DNA from: an uncultured virus (IMG/VR IMGVR_UViG_3300049629_001705) | Lineage: Duplodnaviria; Heunggongvirae; Uroviricota; Caudoviricetes | Strand: one strand, 5' to 3' | Virus record (IMG/VR): IMGVR_UViG_3300049629_001705 | Length of the DNA: 64,000 nt | In this document: positions 37,539 through 46,872 of the stretch, piece by piece | Position numbering within the stretch: the stretch's first letter is position 1 | Layout: each line of letters begins with the position of its first letter | Notes under the pieces: model-generated | Databases searched by the model: none | What the model saw: only the letters and a program-made list of their open reading frames with translations | What the model was told of the DNA's origin: nothing | Program-made: the position numbers and the translations under genes

Positions 37539-38237
37539 ATGACATTCGGACAGATAAAAACCGCCATAGAAAACCATCTTATTGAATCTTATAAAAATGA
37601 AAAAGATTTTAAGAAAAGTATCAATGAATTCAGGTCTAACATATTGAATAATAAATCAATATCTAAACTTTACTCTATTTACGACCAATTGTCTACAAAT
37701 CAAGGTCTGAATGAAAGCGACGCTAAAGATTTTTTAGAAGAGGGTTTGTCTGTAATCAATAGAATCTTACCTACAATAAAATTACCCAAACTTGCTAAGG
37801 AAAATACAAATAACAATTATAAAAACATAGACACTTTAGTTTATACGAATAATTTAAATTTGTCTGAACGTGTAAATGCGAAAAAAGAAATTATCCAAAT
37901 TCTAAAATCGAAAAAAGAAAATTTAAAAGAGTCTATAAAGATACCTGTGTCTAGTATGGTCAAAATTGCGAATCAGACATTAGAAAATTACATCACAAAC
38001 ATGGATGAGGATTCTAAAAAAATTTTCATGAACGTCGTGAAAACAGATAGTAAAAACTTGATAGAAGATTATCAAAATTTGAAAGACTCCACAATAAATA
38101 AATTGAAAACAATTCTCACAAATGAATCTGAGGAAGAATTAAAATTCAAAATTGAAGAAACTATAGAAAAAATTCAAACTCAGGACTTTAATCAGATGAA
38201 CTATGTGAAATTGATGAGTTTGGAAAAAAATTTATAA
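37539..38237 (+). CDS. Hypothetical head-module protein
   Basis: Follows portal; has its own TATTTAT. Confidence 0.75.
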   Translation: MTFGQIKTAIENHLIESYKNEKDFKKSINEFRSNILNNKSISKLYSIYDQLSTNQGLNESDAKDFLEEGLSVINRILPTIKLPKLAKENTNNNYKNIDTLVYTNNLNLSERVNAKKEIIQILKSKKENLKESIKIPVSSMVKIANQTLENYITNMDEDSKKIFMNVVKTDSKNLIEDYQNLKDSTINKLKTILTNESEEELKFKIEETIEKIQTQDFNQMNYVKLMSLEKNL

Positions 38238-38420
38238 ATTATTTTTTTTTCTCTGAGTGTATTTTGCTTTCAGTAATGCTTTTCTTTTAGTAACGGACTT
38301 TTTCTCAAATTCTTTCTTTTCAAGTAATTTTTGATTCTGTTTTGTCTTTATTACCTTGGATTTCAAAACTTTCAAAGCTTTCTCTAAATTTTCCGATTTG
38401 GTTATTTCAATAATCAACAT
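38232..38420 (-). CDS. rpsU: Ribosomal protein bS21
   Basis: MLII...ENLEKALK..KSKV.KTK....L..K.EF.K.SV.KR....KAKY, the Bacteroidota-type bS21 pattern. Confidence 0.85.
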   Translation of the reverse strand: MLIIEITKSENLEKALKVLKSKVIKTKQNQKLLEKKEFEKKSVTKRKALLKAKYTQRKKNNL

Positions 38421-38502
38421 ATTTTATATATATTGTGTTTTTGACAATAAATAACTTTATGGTTACTTTTGTATCAAAATAAACTATGAAATATGAAAAT
38501 GA

Positions 38503-38931
38503 ATGAAAAAAGGAAAAAGTGTAAAATTAAATTTATTTACACCAATTAAATCGGTATACGGAACAGTAGATTCAAAAAATTTGAAATCAATTTACATAAA
38601 TATTCAATCTTGGGTTTGTCCCAAAATTGAATATGATAATTGGAACAGAGTTGTTTGTAATTTAAACCGTGAAATAAAACATTCTGTATACAATTCAATA
38701 TCACAAGAAATTTTTTTAGAAAAAAATATTGTTGATTTAGATTTGAGAACCAGTGGTATAAACAAAGGAAAAAAATCTTTTTTTAATTTAGAAGTAAATT
38801 TATTCGTTACACAGGACTACGAATTCAAGTCACCAATTTTAAAAGAAGGTATCAAAAAAATTGTAAAAAATATTTACACAAATAATATTTCCAACAACAA
38901 ATATTTTGATTTTTCGAAATCAAAAAATTAA
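38503..38931 (+). CDS. Hypothetical protein
   Basis: Divergent from bS21; TACTTTTG upstream. Confidence 0.75.
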   Translation: MKKGKSVKLNLFTPIKSVYGTVDSKNLKSIYINIQSWVCPKIEYDNWNRVVCNLNREIKHSVYNSISQEIFLEKNIVDLDLRTSGINKGKKSFFNLEVNLFVTQDYEFKSPILKEGIKKIVKNIYTNNISNNKYFDFSKSKN

Positions 38932-38968
38932 ACAATACTAGCAATATATTTATCTTTTAAAAGGAAGA

Positions 38969-39682
38969 ATGAAACAACTCAGAATTTTAGAAGCACATGA
39001 AACGGGGCACGGCATTTTGATTGAGATGGATGCTGGTTATGTTTCGCCGCGAGATGAACATAATGCTAATATGTTAAAAGAAGCAAAAAATTTAGATTAT
39101 AGAAATCCTTTTGAATTTTATGCTGTACTTCAGAAATACGATACTCCGAATAGAAACGGAAGATTTTATCCTGAAAAAATATTGAAAAGAGAAGCCGACA
39201 GATATAGAAAAATAATTGAGAAAGGTTTATCTACTTCTGAATTGAATCATCCTGAATCTTCACTTATAGATTTAGATAGGGTTTCACATTTAATTACTGA
39301 TGTTTGGTGGGATAAAAATATTTTGATGGGAAAATTAAAATTATTAACTACTCCAGGTTTTCATGAAAGAGGGATTGTTTCAAGTAAAGGTGATGTTGCG
39401 GCAAATTTAATGAGACAGGGTGTGACTATGGGGGTATCGTCGAGAGGGGTTGGTTCTCTAAAGAAAGTAGGAGAAAGAAATGAAGTTCAAGATGATTTTG
39501 AATTGATTTGTTTTGATTTGGTATCTTCTCCCTCTACACCAGGTGCTTACTTGTTCTCCGATGTAAATGACAGACATAAGTATGAAGAAAACCTCGAAGA
39601 AGAAAAAAAGGTAAAATCAGACCCTACCACAAACAAATCGCTTGATTTGATGAAAAAATTATCCGATTATTTAGGAAAATAA
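38969..39682 (+). CDS. Prohead core protease (T4 gp21-like)
   Basis: NRNGRFYP, ELNHP, VSHLI, GVSSRGVGS, FDLVSSPSTPGA. Confidence 0.95.
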   Translation: MKQLRILEAHETGHGILIEMDAGYVSPRDEHNANMLKEAKNLDYRNPFEFYAVLQKYDTPNRNGRFYPEKILKREADRYRKIIEKGLSTSELNHPESSLIDLDRVSHLITDVWWDKNILMGKLKLLTTPGFHERGIVSSKGDVAANLMRQGVTMGVSSRGVGSLKKVGERNEVQDDFELICFDLVSSPSTPGAYLFSDVNDRHKYEENLEEEKKVKSDPTTNKSLDLMKKLSDYLGK

Positions 39683-39689
39683 TTTAACC

Positions 39690-39902
39690 ATGGATGAAAA
39701 GTATTTTGTAGCAAAAATTCAATATGAATTGCCTGATGAAGCAACAGGAAAAATTAAAAAAATCAGAGAAGAAAAATTAGTAAAAGGTTTTTCAGTTACT
39801 GATGTTGAGGCCAAGGTAACCAAAAGATATCAATCTTTTTCGTATGATTGGCGGATAACCTCTGTTTCAGAAAGTAAAATTGATGAAGTTATAGAAAAAT
39901 AA
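39690..39902 (+). CDS. DUF4494-like single-domain protein
   Basis: YFVAKIQY...GKIKKIREEKLVKGFSVTDVEAKV...ITSVSESKIDEV. Confidence 0.65.
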   Translation: MDEKYFVAKIQYELPDEATGKIKKIREEKLVKGFSVTDVEAKVTKRYQSFSYDWRITSVSESKIDEVIEK

Positions 39903-39947
39903 AAGTGGTCAAACGACCACTTTTTTTTTTGGTGATATTTATTGGTT

Positions 39948-40271
39948 ATGGTAAAAAGAATTGTTGCATCAGGTAATATTGAAGGTACTGATTATGATTA
40001 TTTATATAACACAAACAACTTTTCTTACTTTTTGCAATATTTGGACACTTACAGACCGTATGAGTTGAATTTTGCTGGATTATCAGAATTTCAAGATACT
40101 GGTGTTGAAACAAATGTTGTTTTTGACGTGGTTTTTAAAAACATAGAAGGTGTTAGTGTAAACGCAGTTGTCTTGGGTTCGGATTATAAAGATGTATTTA
40201 ATTACGTGTCACAAAATTTGGGTAAAGTAATAAAAATAAGTAAATCAAATTTACAACTTACAAATATATAA
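39948..40271 (+). CDS. Hypothetical protein (paralog array 1)
   Basis: TATTTAT upstream; pattern shared with neighbours. Confidence 0.65.
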   Translation: MVKRIVASGNIEGTDYDYLYNTNNFSYFLQYLDTYRPYELNFAGLSEFQDTGVETNVVFDVVFKNIEGVSVNAVVLGSDYKDVFNYVSQNLGKVIKISKSNLQLTNI

Positions 40272-40274
40272 GTC

Positions 40275-40682
40275 ATGTTTCAATTAGCGGAAGGTCCTAT
40301 AGGAGGTATTGAAGGTGGTGGAGGCAAGGGGTCCACAGGTTATTGGAATGTAATTTTAGAAAATGGAAACACCAACGTTTGGACAAATACTAACTCCGAG
40401 TTCGATTCAATTAAACAAATTACCCAAATTGAAAGTTATTATAAAGAAAATGGTATTACAATCAGACAAATGAAATTTGTTGATGGTGAGTACACAATTT
40501 GGGAAACTCCAAGAGATGCGAAATTTTATAGAGCAAAAATAAATTCTAATGACCCAAAAATAAAAAATAATTTACTAATAGCAGCAGAGAATTATGATGC
40601 GGCAATAACGGCAGCCCAAACCTTTGGAATTACAAAGTCTATTTCTGATAGGGAATTAATTTTTATGGGTTCAATAAGATAA
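40275..40682 (+). CDS. Hypothetical protein (paralog array 2)
   Basis: FYRAKI...LLIAAENYDAAI. Confidence 0.65.
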   Translation: MFQLAEGPIGGIEGGGGKGSTGYWNVILENGNTNVWTNTNSEFDSIKQITQIESYYKENGITIRQMKFVDGEYTIWETPRDAKFYRAKINSNDPKIKNNLLIAAENYDAAITAAQTFGITKSISDRELIFMGSIR

Positions 40683-40687
40683 TTTTT

Positions 40688-41008
40688 ATGGCAATTTATT
40701 TAGTTACAAAATTGGAAAATGGAAAAAGGAATACATTTGTTTGTGAAACAAATAATCTCTCTCCAACCAATTCTATTCCTGGAGAATATTTACAAATAAG
40801 TTATCAAAATGTTGATAGTCTTATAAATATGAATACAGAACTTCCAGTTTATATGACAATTTATTTTGATAGTTTCGGAACTAAAAAAACCTCATACATC
40901 TGCGGAAACTCATTCGATAGTGTATTTGATTTTCTTAGACGTAATTATGACGCCTCAGATTTTCAAGTCATAACTAAAACAAATTACAGTTGGTACGAAA
41001 TTAGATAA
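40688..41008 (+). CDS. Hypothetical protein (paralog array 3)
   Basis: YLVT...; YICGNSFDSV. Confidence 0.65.
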   Translation: MAIYLVTKLENGKRNTFVCETNNLSPTNSIPGEYLQISYQNVDSLINMNTELPVYMTIYFDSFGTKKTSYICGNSFDSVFDFLRRNYDASDFQVITKTNYSWYEIR

Positions 41009-41012
41009 TATT

Positions 41013-41327
41013 ATGGGTAATTATTTAGTAAATTGGACAAATGGAAGTTCTCAAGAGAATTTTTTAGTTATGGCCAATTCTTTTTCTTCTGCGGCAGACA
41101 TCGTTTGGGTGAAAAAATCTTTCGAGGGTTCTATACAGTCTCTATATGCAACAAATCTGTCCATAGATAAAGAAATGGGTCGGAATGTTTATTATGTTGT
41201 TATGGGTGATGGTAGTAAATTTTTTATAACTTCAGAGACATGGTTAGATGCGAAGGGTTGGGTATATGAAACCTTGGGTTCAGATGTTGATACAATAATG
41301 TCTTTGGATAGGGTATATGTGTATTAA
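41013..41327 (+). CDS. Hypothetical protein (paralog array 4)
   Basis: YLVN...FLVMANSFSSA. Confidence 0.65.
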   Translation: MGNYLVNWTNGSSQENFLVMANSFSSAADIVWVKKSFEGSIQSLYATNLSIDKEMGRNVYYVVMGDGSKFFITSETWLDAKGWVYETLGSDVDTIMSLDRVYVY

Positions 41328-41371
41328 ATTTTTTTTATTACTTGAAAATCAACTTTTTTGGTTTTAGGTAA

Positions 41372-41378
41372 TATTTAT
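41372..41378 (+). promoter_or_regulatory. Late promoter candidate TATTTAT (representative copy)
   Basis: Precedes the scaffold/capsid genes and about 20 other genes in sense orientation. Confidence 0.65.
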
Positions 41379-41402
41379 AAGATAAAAATTAGATAATTTC
41401 TC

Positions 41403-43127
41403 ATGCAAGAAAATAAAAATTTAGTAGAAGAGGCGCTCATTCAAATGAAAAACGTTGAAGAGGCTATCGCCGAGAATGCAAAAGGAATACTTGCTTCAAC
41501 TATGAAGGAAGAAATCAACCAATTAGTAAAAGAATCTCTTTCTGAACAAGACGAGATTGAAGACGACGAAGTTGACATGTCTGATGAAGTGGAAGACACT
41601 GAAATGGACATGGATACTGATAAAATGGATGATTTTTCGGATGAAATTGAAATTGATTTCGAAAACGAACCCGAAACTCAAGATTTAACCGGTTTACCCA
41701 ACGACGAACTTTTCAAAATCTTCAAACGTATGAATCCTGAGGATTCAATCACAGTTGTAAAAGATGGTAACAATTTACACATCACTGACGATGATTCTGA
41801 TGTTGAATATTTAGTCAACATGGGTGAGTCTAAAAACAAAAGACAAACTATGAAAGAAGAAATGGAGGAAGCAACAATCGATGACATTATGGCTACTTTA
41901 TTTGATGAACCAGAAACTGAAATGGAAGTAGATGTAGATTCAATGGATGATGATACTGAAACTGAAATGAATGTTGATGTCGATACCGACGATATGGAAT
42001 CAGAAGACGAAGTAATGTATGAAATCGAACTAGGAGAAGATGACGATGAGGCTGATGATGAAGCTGATGATGAAGCTGATGATGAAGCTGATGAAATGGC
42101 TGAATCGGATGACTTAGAAGAATCGGATGACTTAGAAGAATCGGATGACTTAGAAGAATCTGATGACTTAGATGAGTCTGATGACTTAGAAGAATCTGAT
42201 GACTTAGAAGAATCTGATGATTTGGAAGAATCAGATGACTTAGACGAGGGTAATTGGGAAGAATCTATAGAGGAGTCTTACAATCACAAGAAAGCGATAA
42301 AACCTAAAGGTGTTGGAATTGGCAAAGGTCCGAAATTCTCATATAAAACCACTACTAAAGGTGGTTTCAGTGAGGACAAAAAAGAAGGTCCTAAAACTAT
42401 GGGAACTGGAAAGGCTAAATTCGAATACAAGAAAGGTGCTAATATGGAAGGTAAATCCAAAAAAGTTGAAACCAAAGAAGGTCGTCAGGGATATAAGGAT
42501 AAAGAGGATGAAAAGTTGGGTATGAAGCATGGCAAAACTGCAATGAAACATCTCAAAGGTTCACACTCAAAAAAAGAAAAATCCCGCAGGGACGATGCAG
42601 GTTTTGAGAAGAGAGAAACTAAAGAAGCGGCTAGAACATACGGTATGGGTTCCAAAGAAGGTAGAGGCCTCAGAAAGGGCATTACCAACAACAGAAACTT
42701 CGTATATAGTGATAGCGGTGTAAAGGTAGAATCTCTTGAAGCAGAAGTTAGTATGTTGAGAGAAAAAAATGATGAGTATAGAAAAGCATTAAATGTTTTC
42801 AGAGAAAAATTGAATGAAGTTGCAATTTTCAATTCAAACTTAGCATATGCTACTAGACTTTTCACAGAACATTCAACAACTAAAAAAGAAAAAATAAACA
42901 TTCTCAGAAGATTTGATGGAGTTGAAACTTTGAAAGAATCAAAAAATCTTTACAAAGCAATCAAGGACGAATTATCTACTGAGGAAACAAAACCAATAAC
43001 TGAAGCTGTAGAAACAAAATTAAATAAAACAGTTTCTTCGGGTTCAGCAGTGAATCTTATTGAATCAAAAACTTATGAAAATCCTCAATTTTTGAGAATG
43101 AAAGATTTGATGAGTAAGATAAACTAA
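41403..43127 (+). CDS. Prohead scaffold/core protein (gp22-like)
   Basis: Highly acidic with a coiled-coil C-terminus; sits between protease and MCP. Confidence 0.8.
   Translation: MQENKNLVEEALIQMKNVEEAIAENAKGILASTMKEEINQLVKESLSEQDEIEDDEVDMSDEVEDTEMDMDTDKMDDFSDEIEIDFENEPETQDLTGLPNDELFKIFKRMNPEDSITVVKDGNNLHITDDDSDVEYLVNMGESKNKRQTMKEEMEEATIDDIMATLFDEPETEMEVDVDSMDDDTETEMNVDVDTDDMESEDEVMYEIELGEDDDEADDEADDEADDEADEMAESDDLEESDDLEESDDLEESDDLDESDDLEESDDLEESDDLEESDDLDEGNWEESIEESYNHKKAIKPKGVGIGKGPKFSYKTTTKGGFSEDKKEGPKTMGTGKAKFEYKKGANMEGKSKKVETKEGRQGYKDKEDEKLGMKHGKTAMKHLKGSHSKKEKSRRDDAGFEKRETKEAARTYGMGSKEGRGLRKGITNNRNFVYSDSGVKVESLEAEVSMLREKNDEYRKALNVFREKLNEVAIFNSNLAYATRLFTEHSTTKKEKINILRRFDGVETLKESKNLYKAIKDELSTEETKPITEAVETKLNKTVSSGSAVNLIESKTYENPQFLRMKDLMSKIN
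42050..42247 (+). repeat. Coding microsatellites: 12-bp (DDEA)n and 18-bp (ESDDLE)n
   Basis: GCTGATGATGAA and GAATCNGATGACTTAGAN tandem copies. Confidence 0.9.
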
Positions 43128-43156
43128 AAATAAATTAAAACAAAAATAATACTACA

Positions 43157-44971
43157 ATGGGAGCATTATTAGAATCAGGTCTTGTTGGTAATATCGGTCT
43201 AAAACACCTTAAAGTTATCAAAGAAGACACAATCGGAAAATGGGACAAATTAGGATTCTTAGAGGGTCTTAAAGGTCACATGAGAGAAAACATCGCTCAG
43301 CTTTATGAAAACCAAGCTAGCTATTTAATAAACGAAGCTTCAACTACATCTGATACAGGTGCATTTGAAACTGTGGTTTTCCCTATCGTTAGAAGAGTAT
43401 TCTCTAAATTGTTAGCTAACGATATCGTATCAGTACAGGCAATGAACTTACCTATTGGTAAATTGTTCTACTTTGTACCTAACATCCAGAACTATACAGA
43501 TACTCCAACACTTGCTGGTGCTTCTGAGCACTACGCACCTTATGGAGCACCTAATGGTCCTGCAACACCTAACGAAGGGTATAATTACAACAATGGTAGA
43601 GACCTTTATGATAGATTTTATGAAGGTAATGAACCAGCGTTAGACCCACCAGGTTTGTTCGATTATTCGAAAGGTTCGTTTTCAACGATTACATCTGCTG
43701 TAACTTCAGTTGTAACTGCACAGTGGAATAACACAACGTTGAATCTTGAACCTGCTGCTTATGCTACTGATAACTACAGAAAAGTATTAGTAATCATGAG
43801 TGGTTTTGCAAATGCTGCAGCTGGTAAATTGATTGGACCAGACGGTAACCCAATCGATACAGAATCATTCTTGTCTGATTTAACAATTTATGGTGTTTCG
43901 GCAAACCCAACCACTGCAGGTGGTGGTCCTTACTTATTCAGAGTTGTTACTCAAAGATATGGTAAAGGTATAGTTCAGTATGGTGATAATAACGACACAT
44001 TAGTGTGGCCTAATTCACTTACGGATGGTGGTCAATATGACAACATTTGTGATGTGAATGGTGACATTTATTTGGAAATCGACCTTCAAGTACCTGTATG
44101 TATTACATGTGGTAACTCAATGGACGGTTACACAGGGTCTACATTTTCTTCTACAACTGCGAACAACGCAGCTTTCTCAGCTACTTACAGATTGTATAAG
44201 AACTTGGAATTCGAAGATAAAATTGGTGAAGTTTCATTTGACCTTATGTCTGTAACAGTTTCAGTTACTGAAAGAAAGTTGAGAGCACAATGGTCACCTG
44301 AAATGGCACAAGACGTTGCGGCATTCCACAATATTGATGCTGAAGCTGAATTGACAGCTTTATTGTCTGAGCAAGTTGCTGCTGAAATCGATAGAGAAAT
44401 CTTGAGAGACCTTAGAAAAGGTGCGGCATGGAACTTGAGATGGGACTACAACGGATGGAAGAGATTAGGTAATGGTACTGGTGCTGTTTCATACACTCAA
44501 AAAGACTGGAATCAAACTTTGATTACTGCAATCAACCAATTGTCAGCACAAATCCACAAATCAACTTTGAGAGGTGGTGCTAACTGGATTGTTGTGTCTT
44601 CTGAAGTTTCAGCAATTTTTGATGATTTGGAATATTTCCACGTATCAAACGCGGCACCTGAGCAAGACCAATACAACATGGGTATTGAAAGAGTAGGTAC
44701 TTTAGCTGGTAGATACCAAGTTTATAGAGACCCTTACTTCCCACCAAACCAAGTATTGATTGGTCACAAAGGAACATCGCTTCTTGACACTGGTTACATT
44801 TACGCACCATATGTACCTTTACAACTTACTCCAACAATGTATAACCCATTCAACTTCACACCTATCAAGGGTATCATGACTAGATACGCTAAGAAAATGG
44901 TTAATAACCGTTTCTATGGTAGAATCACAGTTGATGGAGTTAGAACATTCGATTTGAAAGAGTTGAGATAA
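43157..44971 (+). CDS. Major capsid protein (T4 gp23-like)
   Basis: VSVQAMNLPIGKLFY, RKLRAQWSPEMAQD, EIDREIL, YAPYVPL, GIMTRYA. Confidence 0.97.
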   Translation: MGALLESGLVGNIGLKHLKVIKEDTIGKWDKLGFLEGLKGHMRENIAQLYENQASYLINEASTTSDTGAFETVVFPIVRRVFSKLLANDIVSVQAMNLPIGKLFYFVPNIQNYTDTPTLAGASEHYAPYGAPNGPATPNEGYNYNNGRDLYDRFYEGNEPALDPPGLFDYSKGSFSTITSAVTSVVTAQWNNTTLNLEPAAYATDNYRKVLVIMSGFANAAAGKLIGPDGNPIDTESFLSDLTIYGVSANPTTAGGGPYLFRVVTQRYGKGIVQYGDNNDTLVWPNSLTDGGQYDNICDVNGDIYLEIDLQVPVCITCGNSMDGYTGSTFSSTTANNAAFSATYRLYKNLEFEDKIGEVSFDLMSVTVSVTERKLRAQWSPEMAQDVAAFHNIDAEAELTALLSEQVAAEIDREILRDLRKGAAWNLRWDYNGWKRLGNGTGAVSYTQKDWNQTLITAINQLSAQIHKSTLRGGANWIVVSSEVSAIFDDLEYFHVSNAAPEQDQYNMGIERVGTLAGRYQVYRDPYFPPNQVLIGHKGTSLLDTGYIYAPYVPLQLTPTMYNPFNFTPIKGIMTRYAKKMVNNRFYGRITVDGVRTFDLKELR

Positions 44972-44991
44972 TATGGTCTAACCGAAAATAT

Positions 44992-45018
44992 AAAAGGGTC
45001 CTCAGGGACCCTTTTTTT
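44992..45018 (+). terminator. Terminator after MCP
   Basis: AAAAGGGTCC-TCAG-GGACCCTTTTTTT. Confidence 0.85.
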
Positions 45019-45241
45019 ATTTTTTAGATATTTCAGAGTTCAAAACCGATAGTGATTTGGAAATAAGTTCGGTTTCAATCATTGTAAATGCTCCTTTATC
45101 ATACGCATACTCTAGTGATTTAGTAATAAAAATGATTGATTGTTCTAGTGTTAAATCGTTTATTAAATTTCTTAAATCTACAGGAGAATTATATCCAATA
45201 GATTGAAACAGGTATCCGATTGGTTGATTGTTAGCTTCCAT
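45017..45241 (-). CDS. Hypothetical protein
   Basis: 74-aa ORF. Confidence 0.65.
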   Translation of the reverse strand: MEANNQPIGYLFQSIGYNSPVDLRNLINDLTLEQSIIFITKSLEYAYDKGAFTMIETELISKSLSVLNSEISKK

Positions 45242-45281
45242 ATTAAAATTATGAGATATTTATAAATAATAATTGATTTCA

Positions 45282-45980
45282 ATGAGAAAAACAATAAAAG
45301 AAGCTACAACATCTGCTAGTTCAGGTAAATTCAAAGTACCTGTGGTTTTAGCGCCTCAGATTTGGAACGATAAACAATTAGGTCCTTTCACTAACAAAGT
45401 TTATGATTATGATAATGCGGAATTGGCTTATGAGGAAGCGGATGGTGATTATTTAGAATCTCCCGAAGAACGAGAAAGGATTGAGAGAAATACGGATAAA
45501 ATTTCTCAGGTTGATATGTATTTAAAAAAATTTTATACTGGTCAAAATGATGAAGAAGGTTCGGCTCTAAATCCTACAATGTCGGGTCTTCCCCCTGAGG
45601 ATGTAGATTTTATAAATCAATCGTTGGGAGAACAATTGATTAGAGAAGATTTAGCCGTTTGGTTTGGAACTAAAAAAAAACCAAAAGGTAGTAATCAACC
45701 TAAAGGGCCTTGGGTCAATATATGTAGAAAAGAAAATGGTAAACATCCTCCTTGTGGTAGAAAAAACGCCTCATCAAAGGGTTATCCCAAGTGCAGAGCA
45801 GTTCATGTTGCATCAAAAATGAGTGCGTCACAAAAAAGAGCCGCATGTCAACAAAAACGTAAAGCCGAAAAAAGTGACCCTAAAGTTGGTAAAGGTAACA
45901 AACCAACCATGACATCTTACAAACCAAGAAAAGAATCCTTGGAAAGATTGATTAGAAAAATTATAAGGGAGAATTTTTAG
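45282..45980 (+). CDS. Hypothetical protein with basic Cys-rich C-terminal domain
   Basis: WFG...PWVNIC...PCGR...YPKCR. Confidence 0.7.
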   Translation: MRKTIKEATTSASSGKFKVPVVLAPQIWNDKQLGPFTNKVYDYDNAELAYEEADGDYLESPEERERIERNTDKISQVDMYLKKFYTGQNDEEGSALNPTMSGLPPEDVDFINQSLGEQLIREDLAVWFGTKKKPKGSNQPKGPWVNICRKENGKHPPCGRKNASSKGYPKCRAVHVASKMSASQKRAACQQKRKAEKSDPKVGKGNKPTMTSYKPRKESLERLIRKIIRENF

Positions 45981-46386
45981 TTGTTTTTTTCAAAATATTC
46001 TCTAAAGAGTGTTGGATATTACTTCTCATTTCTTTTTCGAGGGACTCTCTTCGATTTTCTAATTCCATATCGAACAAGTCTAACAATTCGTTGTACAATT
46101 CGGAATTTTCTATATAAACACTATAACTGTAAACGTGGTTGATTAGGAATAGTGTTCTTTGATGAATAACAACGAACATTCCAAAATTATCGTTTTTTAT
46201 AAACCTTTTCAATGACCGTGGAGCGAAGGTCAATCTAGAGTCCGATTCTTTAATCAAATTTTTACAAATACCTATAGAGGTTTTTTCTTCGTAGGTTACT
46301 TCTGGTCTTGGGTCAAATTTTTCTTGAAGATATAGATAAACTTTATAAAGAAGTTTGGGTAAGTATCCGACAATTTTCTTTTCCAT
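45961..46386 (-). CDS. Hypothetical protein
   Basis: TATTTTTG element upstream. Confidence 0.65.
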   Translation of the reverse strand: MEKKIVGYLPKLLYKVYLYLQEKFDPRPEVTYEEKTSIGICKNLIKESDSRLTFAPRSLKRFIKNDNFGMFVVIHQRTLFLINHVYSYSVYIENSELYNELLDLFDMELENRRESLEKEMRSNIQHSLENILKKTTKNSPL

Positions 46387-46413
46387 ACAACAAAAATAAG
46401 GTGAAAAAATCAA

Positions 46414-46872
46414 TTAACAATAAGAACCTGAACAATGTTTTTTTCCGTCCAAACCTGGCATTTTTCCTTGACATACTTGGACGGCATAACCGTTCGAATA
46501 TGCTGAGGGGTAAACTTTGAATTTCGATTTTGCCGCTGCTTTACCTCTTGCACAAAGTTTTGTACCTGTTTTTTTTCTACCCTCATTCAAACTTGGTTCT
46601 ATGTTGCTAGATGTCTTTGTCTGGTTCATCATGAAATCGAATACTTGGTCCATATTCTCTTTTGCAACAGTTATATGGTCATCTGCCCAATCGTGACCTG
46701 ACATAAGAATCTCGTCAACCACTGCAGGGTCTAAATCTAATAACAAATCGGCTTGTCTTTTTATTTGTTCTAAATTGCTATAGAACATATAATTAGTGGA
46801 CTCTTGTTCCTTTATAACTTTATTTACTAATTTTTTTATATCTTTTTCTGTTAGTTTAATTATACGTTTCAT
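46414..46872 (-). CDS. Hypothetical protein with YPSAY basic domain
   Basis: KLCARGKAAAKSKFKVYPSAYSNGYAVQVC. Confidence 0.7.
   Translation of the reverse strand: MKRIIKLTEKDIKKLVNKVIKEQESTNYMFYSNLEQIKRQADLLLDLDPAVVDEILMSGHDWADDHITVAKENMDQVFDFMMNQTKTSSNIEPSLNEGRKKTGTKLCARGKAAAKSKFKVYPSAYSNGYAVQVCQGKMPGLDGKKHCSGSYC

Noticed and set aside
36966..37577. 203-aa antisense ORF and similar shadow ORFs (18371, 25132, 30747, 42485)
   Set aside because: Antisense to well-supported genes, with no motifs.
42050..42247. CRISPR-like repeat
   Set aside because: In-frame coding microsatellite without spacers; the same applies to 29240-29637.
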